A stretch of DNA of 24,624 nt from a virus (Duplodnaviria; Caudoviricetes). Of the stretch, positions 8,006-18,015 are shown in pieces. How positions within the stretch are numbered: the first letter of the stretch is position 1; every line of letters starts with the position of its first letter. The stretch spans positions 1-24,624 of IMG/VR virus record IMGVR_UViG_3300025617_000113. One strand, written 5' to 3'. The position numbers and the translations under genes are program-made. A model generated the notes under the pieces. It was not told the origin of the DNA and did no database searches. It worked only from the letters and a program-made list of their open reading frames with translations.

Positions 8006-9625
8006 TTAGAATGAGCCTCCAGTTACTGGATTTCTCATTACAATCTTAAGAACTTTAGTTGGATCTTTAACCCAAATTGCAGGCATAGTCTGCGACATCA
8101 TAACTCTGTAACCATTAAAGTTACCGGTTGATTGGAATCCTTGAGTTCTTCCCATGTAGTCCATAGTACCATTTTGGTAGAACCACTTAAGTTGATTATC
8201 CCAAGAAAGTTTCAACAAGTGAATGTTGTCATTTCCTTCATCTGTAACATCAAAGATAATAAAGCTATAAGAACTTAAAGGACGACCATCAATTAATGGA
8301 TTCTCTATGTCATTAGTATTTAAATTATCAAATGCAGGATTAAGAACAAACTTAACATTAGCAAGGAAAGGAATAGTAAAGCTTGTGTAAGCAAAACCAA
8401 AATCAAGATCCATACCTTTTCCTGTTACTGCACCAATGTCAGAAGCATTTTGAACTAATCCAGAACCATATACTTCATCAGCAATAGCTTTGTTGATTAA
8501 TTGCATACCACCAATACCAGTTTGAACAACAAGTGATCTTTGTGGATCTGGACCTTTAAATTCAACTTTTCCTTGATAGAAATTGTAAAGTTCAGATTTG
8601 AACATATCAAGAGTAAAAGAAGATTTGTTGTATACTCTCTTGAAAGAGTTATCCAACTGAGACCAAAGTCCTACAGATAATCTAACGTCATCTGGACCAT
8701 CTTGCTTAATTCTACCTCCCTTACCCCACATTAGGTAAGTTTCAATATCAGTAGCAATTTTAGAAAGGTGGGCAGCTTCCATATTAGTAATGAAAGTTTT
8801 AGTAAGAGTACCATTTTCAAATGCCTCTCTTGCTCCTGCTTTACCCATAGTAGCAACCAATCCTTCAATAGAAGCTACTGATGGATTATTAGAATCTTTA
8901 TCAAAGTTTCTCCAAATCTCAGTTACTGGAACAGTACCATCTGCATTCAAACCACCTTTGATCATAAGATCAGCACGGCTAGAAATAGAATAATGTACAT
9001 GTGCTTCAGCTCCTCCTACAAAGTTGTAGAATTCACGAAATCCAGATCCTGTTTCAATGTCAGAAAATCTTTCACCATACTCACCACGTGCAGAACCTTT
9101 TCTAAAGAATTTAGTTCCAGAAGCTAAGTAAGCATTGTCTAAAGTTGCTGTGTTATTGTTGTTTACCAATTGAACTGTGTAAACATATCCGTCACCTGCT
9201 GGAATAATATCCTCAGCTGTAATGTAAAGTTCTACACCATTGTACTTGTCATAAGTGATAATATCACCATGTCCAAATGTTCTCTTAGAAATTTTAATTT
9301 TAAATGTTGTTCCATCAATACCTTTTGAAGTATTTCCTGGATCCATGTCTGCCACAATATATGGAAGATCTTGTGCGATTGGGGTTTGCCATTTGTACTC
9401 ACCACGTGCATTGTCTACTAAAATTGTATTCTTCCCACCAAATGAAGCCATTTGATAAAGAGGCATTTCAACTTTTTGTGTCATTGCCCATAAATCTACT
9501 GGTCCCATATCCATTGGTTCTGCTGAACCAAGCATCTGAGTTAAGTGATAAGAATCAACGTGAGAACTTGCACTATAGCTAGTGTCTCTTAGGAAAATCC
9601 CATTGTTTAATACTGGAGTTGCCAT
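8006..9625 (-). CDS. Major capsid protein (crAss-like, 539 aa)
   Basis: Follows terL-portal-scaffold; biased codons suggest high expression; strong terminator directly after; C-terminal IWVKDPTKVLKI resembles crAss-like MCP ends. Confidence 0.85.
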   Translation of the reverse strand: MATPVLNNGIFLRDTSYSASSHVDSYHLTQMLGSAEPMDMGPVDLWAMTQKVEMPLYQMASFGGKNTILVDNARGEYKWQTPIAQDLPYIVADMDPGNTSKGIDGTTFKIKISKRTFGHGDIITYDKYNGVELYITAEDIIPAGDGYVYTVQLVNNNNTATLDNAYLASGTKFFRKGSARGEYGERFSDIETGSGFREFYNFVGGAEAHVHYSISSRADLMIKGGLNADGTVPVTEIWRNFDKDSNNPSVASIEGLVATMGKAGAREAFENGTLTKTFITNMEAAHLSKIATDIETYLMWGKGGRIKQDGPDDVRLSVGLWSQLDNSFKRVYNKSSFTLDMFKSELYNFYQGKVEFKGPDPQRSLVVQTGIGGMQLINKAIADEVYGSGLVQNASDIGAVTGKGMDLDFGFAYTSFTIPFLANVKFVLNPAFDNLNTNDIENPLIDGRPLSSYSFIIFDVTDEGNDNIHLLKLSWDNQLKWFYQNGTMDYMGRTQGFQSTGNFNGYRVMMSQTMPAIWVKDPTKVLKIVMRNPVTGGSF

Positions 9626-9657
9626 AATTTTTAATTTTTAATTTTTAATTTTAATTT
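9626..9657 (-). repeat. Tandem AAAAATT leader upstream of the MCP start
   Basis: Minus strand AAATTAAAATTAAAAATTAAAAATTAAAAATT-ATG; A-rich leader with no Shine-Dalgarno, as typical for Bacteroidota. Confidence 0.6.
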
Positions 9658-9675
9658 ATTATACATTTTGATTGA

Positions 9676-10944
9676 TTAAATCCGTTTAAATATGTTGTTG
9701 GTTCTCTGAAGTTTTTTACCCGGTTTACTTTTTCTAACTGGCTCAGTTTCTTTTGTACCAAGTGAATTAGATGTACGGTTAGATTGTTCAGTCTTTAATT
9801 TTCTTACAGTTTGCTCAATATTCTGTTGAGCTCCTTTAGACATTATTTTTTCTTTGTATCCTTTTGGGTCTTGTAATAACCATAATGCTTCTGATATTAA
9901 AGAATAATTAGGTTCAACAAATTGATACTTTTCTAATAAATGACCTAATAGATTTGTATTTTTACCACTAACTGATGGATATGCTGGTTGTACTAATCCA
10001 TTATATAGCATAGCTTGAGTCTTTTTATCTATTTTAATATCATTTATTGTACCATCTTTTAATGTATCATATACATTTTGCATATAATGAGCCGATGCTT
10101 GCTCTTGCTGTTTCTTTTTCATTTCTTGCTCTTCAAGTTTTTGAGCAATAATTTTTTCTTGCATCTTATCTAATTTAGGTTTAAACTTAGATGCTTGTGC
10201 TTCTAACTTACCTAAATCTTTCCAAATTTCAATTTCTTCTTGAATCTCTTCAGATGTACCATATCCTGTTGCACTAAGATATTCTGAAATAATTCTTTCC
10301 TGATCAGATTCTTTAGATATATCTAATTGTTTAGACTCTTCAACATAAGCTAAAGTTGAAAATAAACCTTTTAAATCTTGACCGCCATCTGCAACATATC
10401 TTGCAGCTACTTGTAATTCTTCAGGTAAACTTTCAAAAAATTGTTTTGGAGTTTCTCTTCTAACTTGATTTGCCTTTTCTTCTAAGTTGGCCTCAATTAA
10501 TTCTTCCCAATCTTTAGCTGAGTATTCTTCTAATGATTTTTCATCATCAAAAGGAACAATCTTTTCATCTTTAATAAGTTTAGAAAATACATCGGATATT
10601 CCAGAAATAGGTTTTCTACCTTTTTTCTGTTTTATTTCTTCTTCTGTATCTTCATCATCTATTGAATCAATAATATTATTTACTTCTTCTAATGTATCTT
10701 CTTTTGATTCAACTTCTTCTTTAGAATCTTCAGATACAATTTCATTTAAATCATTAACATCACTTTCAGGTTCAGTAAAAGAAAAATCTACTTCTTCTCT
10801 TCCTTTAAGGATGTTGTTAGTTTTTGGTTTTTCTTCTGTGGCAGATATAATATCACCTCCAGCAGGGGCTCCGCTGAAAATTTCATCAATATTAATATCT
10901 AATACTTCTACGTTACTTTCCACAATATTTGTTTTTTCACTCAT
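9676..10944 (-). CDS. Acidic scaffold-like protein between portal and MCP (422 aa)
   Basis: Very Glu/Asp-rich N-terminal third, coiled-coil segment (QKLEEQEMKKKQQEQ), basic C-terminal tail; conserved crAss-like position. Confidence 0.65.
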   Translation of the reverse strand: MSEKTNIVESNVEVLDINIDEIFSGAPAGGDIISATEEKPKTNNILKGREEVDFSFTEPESDVNDLNEIVSEDSKEEVESKEDTLEEVNNIIDSIDDEDTEEEIKQKKGRKPISGISDVFSKLIKDEKIVPFDDEKSLEEYSAKDWEELIEANLEEKANQVRRETPKQFFESLPEELQVAARYVADGGQDLKGLFSTLAYVEESKQLDISKESDQERIISEYLSATGYGTSEEIQEEIEIWKDLGKLEAQASKFKPKLDKMQEKIIAQKLEEQEMKKKQQEQASAHYMQNVYDTLKDGTINDIKIDKKTQAMLYNGLVQPAYPSVSGKNTNLLGHLLEKYQFVEPNYSLISEALWLLQDPKGYKEKIMSKGAQQNIEQTVRKLKTEQSNRTSNSLGTKETEPVRKSKPGKKLQRTNNIFKRI

Positions 10945-10981
10945 AATACTTGTTGGTTTTAATTATTATTGGTTTCTATGT

Positions 10982-10993
10982 ATATATAATATA
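10982..10993 (-). promoter_or_regulatory. Candidate late promoter TATATTATATAT for scaffold-MCP
   Basis: Exact copy of the recurrent 12-mer, about 38 nt upstream of the ATG at 10944. Confidence 0.45.
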
Positions 10994-11060
10994 ATAATTC
11001 TTTATTATATAAACTTAAATAATTTTAAAAAAATTAATGTTTTTTGCACTATATAGCTAA

Positions 11061-13814
11061 CTATGATTTTTTATCTTTAGAAGATTTGACATCATATTTA
11101 TTTTTATTTTCTCTAGCTATCTCAAGATTTGTATTTGCAATCTGTAGATCAGCAGCAATTTTTTGTTTCTGAACATCTGCTTTAGAACGTTCTACTGTAT
11201 TTCTAGTAGCCATCTCATCACGTTTAATATTCATTTGTTCTCTATATCTAGTAGATTCTTGAATATCTTTCATTGACTCTCTATAATCACTAATTTGATT
11301 TTGATTGATATCGGATTGTGCTGCATATCCTGCAGATCTTATTTCTGCAATTGTTATATCTTTCTGACGTTCAAGTTCTGCATCTCTTTGTTCAACTTCA
11401 AGTTTCATTCTTGCTTCTTCAGCTTGTTGTTGAAGTTGAGCTTCTTGCATCTCACGTTGTTGCTGCATATCTTGAGTTCTTTGCTGAATCATCTTTTGTT
11501 CAGCATCTTTAAGAATATCACTTACTTCTGCAATATTATCAGATTTAATAATGTTACCTAATTCATATATAGATGCACCAGTAGTATTATTAGTTAATGC
11601 CATTTGCTTCAACTGTTCTAATACAGCTCTATGATTTGTTTTAGATGTTACAAATACATTAAAGTCTCTTAATAAAAGATCAGTACCATTTATAACAAAA
11701 TTTACTTTTTCTGCTTCTGTAGTTATATAGTTTAATCTTATACTAGGATTTGTACTTTGATAATATTGAGCTAAGTCTGTTCTCATTTGATGAACTCTTG
11801 GCATTAAATGATCTGAATGCTGTGTAAAGTATATTTCTGTTTGTGCATATGATTGTTGCATAGCATTAACAACACCTGTAGCAGTTTCAGCAGATACTGC
11901 ACCTCCTAAACGTTGAGGATTAATACCAATAGCATCAAAACATTGTTGTTTAAAATAATTAGCTAATTGAATTCTAGACATCAATCTACTTGTCTGCTCC
12001 ATGTTAAGAGTTTGATAGTGATTGAAATTAGTAGCATTTTCTGTATTAGTAATAGAAGTATCTAAAGGTAACATCTGAAAATCTTTCATTGCAACCCATG
12101 CTTTAGAATAATTATTTTTACCCCAATCTTCACCCATTGAATGTCTAGGTAAAGCATTTTGATCAAACATAATCACAGTACCAAGCTCATCCACTAAAAT
12201 ATCAGCTATTTGATTATTAACCATGTTGTATCCAACTTGGTATGCTTTCATTAAATCAACTAATGATGTTGATCTTGTATTTCTATCTGAAAATACTCTT
12301 CCTTCTACAGGTAACTTACAACCGTATAATGACTTATTACCTTTAAATTGGAAAGGCATTCTTCCAGGAGTCTTTCTATTAATACCTAAATATATTGGTG
12401 CGGAGTCTTCGCTTATACTAGATCTCCATGATGTTGGAATATTTGGTCCAAGTTTAACACCACCCCATACTTCATTAATCCAAATCCAATCTATATGCTC
12501 TCCATATAATAAGTTTTCTTTAGTCTTTTGTTTATATATGGATGTATCATATACACCTTTCTCTGTTATCTTATAAGTTTCATCAACAATGTCTTGAATA
12601 ATTTCACCATCTTCTAAAACTCTTATTAAATGACCTATCTTTCTTTGAGTCTTCCAGTATATAGTTGTGACCCTCATTAAGTTACTATCACCATACTGTG
12701 CTAAATCTTCACTTTGATCTAATATTTGATTTATAATATCACCGCCAACACTTCTATCATTAAAATAATTACTAGTATATTGTCTATACCCTAATGAAGG
12801 GCTATCAGTATTCCATGAATGAGATCTAGTTGGATCATAATATGAACCATCATTTTGATACCCATTAACTGTATATTGTGCTGATCTTGCAGGATATATT
12901 CTTTGTAATGATTCTAATTGTTTCTCATTCATTAAATATCCATATCTATCTATAACATCAGATACAGTCATTAAATCTATTTTACCTACATAATTAGAAT
13001 CAGATATATATCTCTGATCTGGAGACTTTTCATAAAATGTTAGTACAGGATTCCACAACTCTACGTCATAATCATCTTCCATCATTCTAAAATGCCAAAA
13101 CTCTCTATCAGTAATAAGCATATCACGGAAAGCTCTTTCCTCTAACTCAAGCATCCCAAACTTTTCTTCATCAACAGCATATTGATGAGAAGCCCATTCT
13201 TCAATTGAACTTCTATATGACTTACTAAAATAATCTTCTATTTGAGGTAATGTTTTAATATTTTCTGGAGATAACTGTTGAGCAAATTGTTCTGAGTTAG
13301 GATCAACTCCCATCTGAATCATTTTTGTTAATAGTTGTTTTTCTGCATCAGCAAGTAATGCAGATTCAACTTCAGCTTTTTTAAACTCAAGCATCTCATT
13401 ATAAGAAGTATCATCAACAGCTCTAAATTGAACTTTGTTATATCTCTTAGAAAACTCTCCAGATAATACATTTATAACATTAGGAATAATAGGATAAAAT
13501 TTAAGTTCTAATGCAGAATCTTCTTCTTTTGTTAGAACATCCATTAGATCCTTGTAGTCATTATCAGGTTCTACAATATAATCAGATTTATCTATTATAC
13601 CTTTAGCAAGTTTATAGTTCTTTAATAATCTTCTTGCATTAATTTTTAAAAACTCTATACCTTGTAATTCTAACCAGTCTAAATTCCAAGCAGCCCACTC
13701 TTCATTTTTTTGCTTATATGGTAAAAACTGAACAGGTTGTGTTAAATTAGAAAAGGTAGGTCCTTCTGTAGATTTAGCACCATTTTTAAGCTGCATTGCA
13801 TTAAGTACTTTCAT
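11061..13814 (-). CDS. Portal protein (crAss-like, 917 aa)
   Basis: Directly after terL; FYPIIPNVINVLSGE, WINEVWGG and SLVDLMKAYQ..YN motifs and a long Gln/Glu coiled-coil C-terminus as in crAss-like portals. Confidence 0.85.
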   Translation of the reverse strand: MKVLNAMQLKNGAKSTEGPTFSNLTQPVQFLPYKQKNEEWAAWNLDWLELQGIEFLKINARRLLKNYKLAKGIIDKSDYIVEPDNDYKDLMDVLTKEEDSALELKFYPIIPNVINVLSGEFSKRYNKVQFRAVDDTSYNEMLEFKKAEVESALLADAEKQLLTKMIQMGVDPNSEQFAQQLSPENIKTLPQIEDYFSKSYRSSIEEWASHQYAVDEEKFGMLELEERAFRDMLITDREFWHFRMMEDDYDVELWNPVLTFYEKSPDQRYISDSNYVGKIDLMTVSDVIDRYGYLMNEKQLESLQRIYPARSAQYTVNGYQNDGSYYDPTRSHSWNTDSPSLGYRQYTSNYFNDRSVGGDIINQILDQSEDLAQYGDSNLMRVTTIYWKTQRKIGHLIRVLEDGEIIQDIVDETYKITEKGVYDTSIYKQKTKENLLYGEHIDWIWINEVWGGVKLGPNIPTSWRSSISEDSAPIYLGINRKTPGRMPFQFKGNKSLYGCKLPVEGRVFSDRNTRSTSLVDLMKAYQVGYNMVNNQIADILVDELGTVIMFDQNALPRHSMGEDWGKNNYSKAWVAMKDFQMLPLDTSITNTENATNFNHYQTLNMEQTSRLMSRIQLANYFKQQCFDAIGINPQRLGGAVSAETATGVVNAMQQSYAQTEIYFTQHSDHLMPRVHQMRTDLAQYYQSTNPSIRLNYITTEAEKVNFVINGTDLLLRDFNVFVTSKTNHRAVLEQLKQMALTNNTTGASIYELGNIIKSDNIAEVSDILKDAEQKMIQQRTQDMQQQREMQEAQLQQQAEEARMKLEVEQRDAELERQKDITIAEIRSAGYAAQSDINQNQISDYRESMKDIQESTRYREQMNIKRDEMATRNTVERSKADVQKQKIAADLQIANTNLEIARENKNKYDVKSSKDKKS

Positions 13815-13835
13815 TCTTAGTTTATTATCTTTTAC

Positions 13836-16022
13836 TTATCTAAAGTTTTTAAAACCTGATCTTTTTATCTTTGAGCTATTGCTAGATCTACTACGTCCAA
13901 TATTTTTAAAGGGACTATACTTTAATTTATACAAATTTTCTGTATTATCCAAAGATTTTTGCTCTGATTCACGTCTTTTTGCATAGCCTCTATTTGCTTG
14001 TTGAACTTTTACAAAAGCCACTAAAGCAGAAAATGCAACAAGTCTATCCACATTAAGACCAGGATAATATGCCAACATTTCTTTAATTAACATAGGGTCT
14101 GGTATTCTTTCCACTCCCAATATAGTATTTATAACTTTGCCGTTTTCATCTGTGTCTTCATATATGGACTCTCTTATAAACTCAATTGCATATGATATAA
14201 GATGTGTCTTAAATAATGTTCCTGTATTCTTCCAACCATATTCTTGATATACACTTCTATTACTTCCGATATCCTTTAAAAATATAATTTGATTTTTAGG
14301 AACTAAATACTTTTGCTTTTTACGGCCTATCATATATTGAATAAACAAACTAATATTATTCTCAACTAATGTCCATGCATTATACCACTCAATCAAAAGT
14401 TCTAAACGTTCATGTGTTTTATTAATATCATCAAAACGTCCACACCACGATGCCACTAATTTATCTTTTTCAATAAACTGTTCTGTATCTCCAGCTTTAT
14501 TAATTCTTGTTACTTCAACAGCATTCTTATAAATAAAAATACTACACAATGAATCTGATGTTGTTGTTTTACCTTCACCAACAGGGTCAATAGATCCATA
14601 GTATGCACCAAAATCAGCATTAGGTGTTGGTCTTTCCCAAACTGTAATAGCTCCAGTTTTATCTTGCATCTTTTTATCTACTGGAAATTTTGATATTGGT
14701 AACTTAGAAGTTCTTTTAGCTACAATACCTGTTTGATTTCTTTCTAATTCTAACAACTCATATGGGTATTCTTTATCAGTAATTTTCTTTTCTTGTATTG
14801 ATAATATACTTTGTGGAAATATAGATTCTTTTCTATATGCAAAAGCTTCCTTAATATTTGTTGGTTTTTGTGAAATACGTAACTGATATTGTTCACCATC
14901 TAATTTAGATTTCCATTCTTTTCTTTCTGTTAAAATAGAATCTAATGCTTCTTTAACTAATGAATTTCCGTACTCATCAATATATGGAGGCATAGACCAT
15001 TGTTCTGGAATAAATAAACCTGCAATACCTATAGCGCCTTCTGCGTCTAATAAATTAGTTTCTACACCATATATATCATTTGCTTCTGGATTTAATATCA
15101 TTTCCTTTAATGGATTGCATTGATCTAAATCTCCCACAGAACCAGCAGCAATAAACATACCTGTAGTAATCATACCTGAAGACATTGCAGGACGTAAATA
15201 CTCATATGTTTGCATCATTTTAGGAGCAATCCCAGCTTCCTCATGAAAGAAATAAGTTGTTGGACCACCCACACCTGTTGTTGCATTCTTTTCAAAAGAA
15301 GCACCTTGTATTTTAGATTTAAGTCCCCTTGATGTTTTTCTATTACCTATTTTAACTTCAATCTGCTGTTGCCATAGTAATACTTTTTCTGGATTACTTG
15401 GTCTGTACCAAGCAGTGTGCTCATTTAAAAATGTTTTATACTCATCTAAAAATTTCCAAGATCCTTTGTCATTAATGTAATCTTTAAGAGATGCTCCAAT
15501 CTTACACGTACTACCTTCTTCAAACCAGTACGTATTAATTATCTTACCCATATGGAAGTAAGAAGAAGCAATCTGACGTTTCTTTAATATTGCAGAGTGT
15601 TTATAATGCAGTTCTGCTAATAGTTCATATAACGCCATATGATATTGAGCATCTCTAACTTTAGCAAAACCATACTTCTTTTCTTCTTTATCATAGATTG
15701 GTAAGAAGTTTAACCACATATAATAGTCTCTAGTTAAATACCAAACCTTACCGTCATCTTTATAAATAACTCCGTTACGGCATTTATCTTTTTCTGTCTC
15801 CCAATATGTTTTAAAATCTTTTGATCTAAAAGGTTTATTACAATAAAAACCTTGATTATTAAAAATTCTAGCTTGTTTGTTAAATTCATGAGACATATTT
15901 GTAAACCCATATTCACCAGGTTCACTAAATATATCTAATATAAATTCTTTAAAATTATCATAAGTTAGAAAATCAGTTGTAGACCATTCATCATTTTCAT
16001 ATGTCAATATAGATTTATACAT
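13836..16022 (-). CDS. terL: Terminase large subunit (728 aa)
   Basis: Walker A-like LKKRQIASSY, Walker B YFFHEEAG, coupling motif AAGSVG, RNase H-like nuclease GSIDPV...ENN...VDR; uninterrupted. Confidence 0.9.
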   Translation of the reverse strand: MYKSILTYENDEWSTTDFLTYDNFKEFILDIFSEPGEYGFTNMSHEFNKQARIFNNQGFYCNKPFRSKDFKTYWETEKDKCRNGVIYKDDGKVWYLTRDYYMWLNFLPIYDKEEKKYGFAKVRDAQYHMALYELLAELHYKHSAILKKRQIASSYFHMGKIINTYWFEEGSTCKIGASLKDYINDKGSWKFLDEYKTFLNEHTAWYRPSNPEKVLLWQQQIEVKIGNRKTSRGLKSKIQGASFEKNATTGVGGPTTYFFHEEAGIAPKMMQTYEYLRPAMSSGMITTGMFIAAGSVGDLDQCNPLKEMILNPEANDIYGVETNLLDAEGAIGIAGLFIPEQWSMPPYIDEYGNSLVKEALDSILTERKEWKSKLDGEQYQLRISQKPTNIKEAFAYRKESIFPQSILSIQEKKITDKEYPYELLELERNQTGIVAKRTSKLPISKFPVDKKMQDKTGAITVWERPTPNADFGAYYGSIDPVGEGKTTTSDSLCSIFIYKNAVEVTRINKAGDTEQFIEKDKLVASWCGRFDDINKTHERLELLIEWYNAWTLVENNISLFIQYMIGRKKQKYLVPKNQIIFLKDIGSNRSVYQEYGWKNTGTLFKTHLISYAIEFIRESIYEDTDENGKVINTILGVERIPDPMLIKEMLAYYPGLNVDRLVAFSALVAFVKVQQANRGYAKRRESEQKSLDNTENLYKLKYSPFKNIGRSRSSNSSKIKRSGFKNFR

Positions 16023-16293
16023 TCTTTATAATTGCAAATACATCACCTTCATTAATCAATAAATGTTCTTCATTATCATGCATCATTGTTGTTGGTAAAC
16101 AATGATCACTGTATTGAACCACATCACCTATATTAATTTCTGTAACAGATTTACCTACACCTACAACTATACCTTTATATTCTTTTTTTCTAGCTGTATC
16201 AGGAATAATAATCTCTGTACCTGCAAAATATTTCTCAGCTTCTTTTTGTCTAATTAGAAGTTTTGCTCCTACTGGTATTACTTTTTGACTCAT
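16015..16293 (-). CDS. groES: GroES/Cpn10 co-chaperonin (92 aa from MSQKV)
   Basis: IPVGAKLLIR...IIIPDTARKKEYKGIVVGVG...IGDVVQY...EEHLLINEGDVFAII aligns with Cpn10; start moved to the ATG at 16293 (A-rich leader); overlaps terL start by 8 nt. Confidence 0.88.
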   Translation of the reverse strand: MSQKVIPVGAKLLIRQKEAEKYFAGTEIIIPDTARKKEYKGIVVGVGKSVTEINIGDVVQYSDHCLPTTMMHDNEEHLLINEGDVFAIIKNV

Positions 16294-16340
16294 TTTTATT
16301 TTATTTTTCATTTCTCAGTTGTATTAATTATCCCTCCTAA

Positions 16341-16598
16341 TTACCAAAATACTGAGGGTTCATGTTCTCCTTCTGCTTCTAAGTTTACGTTATTTTCATT
16401 AATAAACTCATGTAGTTGCTCTCTACATAGTTCAAATGTTTTATATGTATCTTCACTCATACTATCAGGTGCATATTTTATCTTACCCCTTAACCATCTA
16501 TCCATATCCCGAATCGCATAATGCATTCCCTCACTTTCATTTGCCATTTTAAACTCCCATTTATCGTTGGGTAAACTAAATTCTAATATTGCTTTCAT
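16341..16598 (-). CDS. Small phage hypothetical protein (85 aa)
   Basis: MKAILEFSLP...LRGKIKY pattern recalls small accessory proteins of Bacteroidota phages; co-oriented. Confidence 0.7.
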   Translation of the reverse strand: MKAILEFSLPNDKWEFKMANESEGMHYAIRDMDRWLRGKIKYAPDSMSEDTYKTFELCREQLHEFINENNVNLEAEGEHEPSVFW

Positions 16599-16674
16599 AT
16601 TATTTATTCTCTTAATTGATTTATATTCTGAAGATTGTCTTGCATCTTACCGTTCCTCTTTTCTATCATTCATA

Positions 16675-17193
16675 TTATATTTGATCATAAGCTAGTCCTG
16701 CACCTCCACGTACTTGACTTTCTTGCTCTTGTTTCATATCGCTAAATGCTCCTTTATAAGATTGTCTAATAGACTCAAACTTAGCAGCAGCATTAACCAT
16801 AGAGTTTATATTACCATCTCTACCATGTTCAATAGCAGTTACCTCCATATACTTTGCCAATCTGTCTAACATAGATTTAATACCTACATATGCTCTATAG
16901 GTAGGTGTTTCATAAAGTTTCTTACACATATCTAATGCATATCTTATTTTACCATCTTCAGGAGATTCTTCTAACTGAACTTCTTCAATTATAATATCTT
17001 CTTTTTCATGCTCAGGTAAATTAAAAAATGGATTCATGTCAGGATTAGGACAAGTCATGTAAAAAACATACTGATAAATTTGTAAATAATTATCAGGATA
17101 TTCATCCATTATAATTTTTAAAAAAGGTAATGCATAACAGTGTTCTGTTGGAACTACTTTATCATTTTGTATATCAAATAACTTTACTATCAT
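16675..17193 (-). CDS. Conserved crAss-like hypothetical protein (172 aa), possible terminase small subunit
   Basis: Helical protein ending EQESQVRGG, lying between the nuclease and terL; the TerS role is inferred from position only. Confidence 0.55.
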   Translation of the reverse strand: MIVKLFDIQNDKVVPTEHCYALPFLKIIMDEYPDNYLQIYQYVFYMTCPNPDMNPFFNLPEHEKEDIIIEEVQLEESPEDGKIRYALDMCKKLYETPTYRAYVGIKSMLDRLAKYMEVTAIEHGRDGNINSMVNAAAKFESIRQSYKGAFSDMKQEQESQVRGGAGLAYDQI

Positions 17194-18005
17194 AATTTAT
17201 TATCTTTTAACCACATGATTAAGTTGCTAACCTCATCCTTTAAATATGGTAAATCATATATCTTAATTTCTTCTAATACAGGTTCACCATTAACATGTTC
17301 ATTGATTGGATATCCATTTGAATCTTCACCAATTTGTTTAAATTTTACATGTTGAATTGTCAACTTTCCAATCTTTAATTTAGGATTGTGCTTTTTAATA
17401 ATATACGCATAAATACTCAATTGTAAATTATAATGATTTAAATTGCAATCATCTAAATGGCTAACAGGTTTATACATTTTTTTAGTTATACCTTCCCAAT
17501 TAGTAAATCCTTTCTCTTTAATTTCTTTATTTGTTTTATAGTCATTGATATTTATATATCCATTTACTACTTCAACAACATCTGCTTGACCGCATAAACC
17601 AACAGACTTTAAATATACTAAATGCTCAGGGTATACTCCTTCTTGTAACTTTTGTTCTGGAGCCATTTTTATACCATCCTCATTTATTAAAGGTTTTATA
17701 ATAGGTACTTGAACACCTTGTCTTTCAATAGTTTTAAAATCAAGCATATCGGCCTCTCTTTGATTATGGTAAAAGTTACCCAACTTAATTGCTCTTTCTG
17801 TTTCACTATCCCATGCAGCTAGTATTTCCTTTGAAGTCATACCATACCACTTTGATTTTTTATTTTTAGAAGACTTTTTTGCTTGTCCTTCTCTGTCAAA
17901 CTTAGGTTTAAACATTCCTATAAATGAAGTGACACTTGTCCAATCAATTTTATCTTGATCAACACTTTCATACAAATGTCCTTCTTCTTTAAATACTATT
18001 GCCAT
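17190..18005 (-). CDS. PD-(D/E)XK family nuclease
   Basis: SVT, G..YH, PEH, GQAD, INDYKTN and HYNLQLSIY motifs (RecB/Cas4-like superfamily). Confidence 0.85.
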   Translation of the reverse strand: MAIVFKEEGHLYESVDQDKIDWTSVTSFIGMFKPKFDREGQAKKSSKNKKSKWYGMTSKEILAAWDSETERAIKLGNFYHNQREADMLDFKTIERQGVQVPIIKPLINEDGIKMAPEQKLQEGVYPEHLVYLKSVGLCGQADVVEVVNGYININDYKTNKEIKEKGFTNWEGITKKMYKPVSHLDDCNLNHYNLQLSIYAYIIKKHNPKLKIGKLTIQHVKFKQIGEDSNGYPINEHVNGEPVLEEIKIYDLPYLKDEVSNLIMWLKDNKL

Positions 18006-18015
18006 TTTGCTATAT

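Noticed and set aside
15734-15925. 63-aa same-strand ORF nested in terL
   Set aside because: Alternative frame with no motif or leader; expected by chance.
13836-16022. Intron or intein in terL, portal or MCP
   Set aside because: ORFs are continuous, of expected size, and show no intein splice or homing-endonuclease motifs.
16332-16339. AGGAGG Shine-Dalgarno-like sequence upstream of groES
   Set aside because: More than 20 nt from either candidate ATG, and no other gene here uses an SD.
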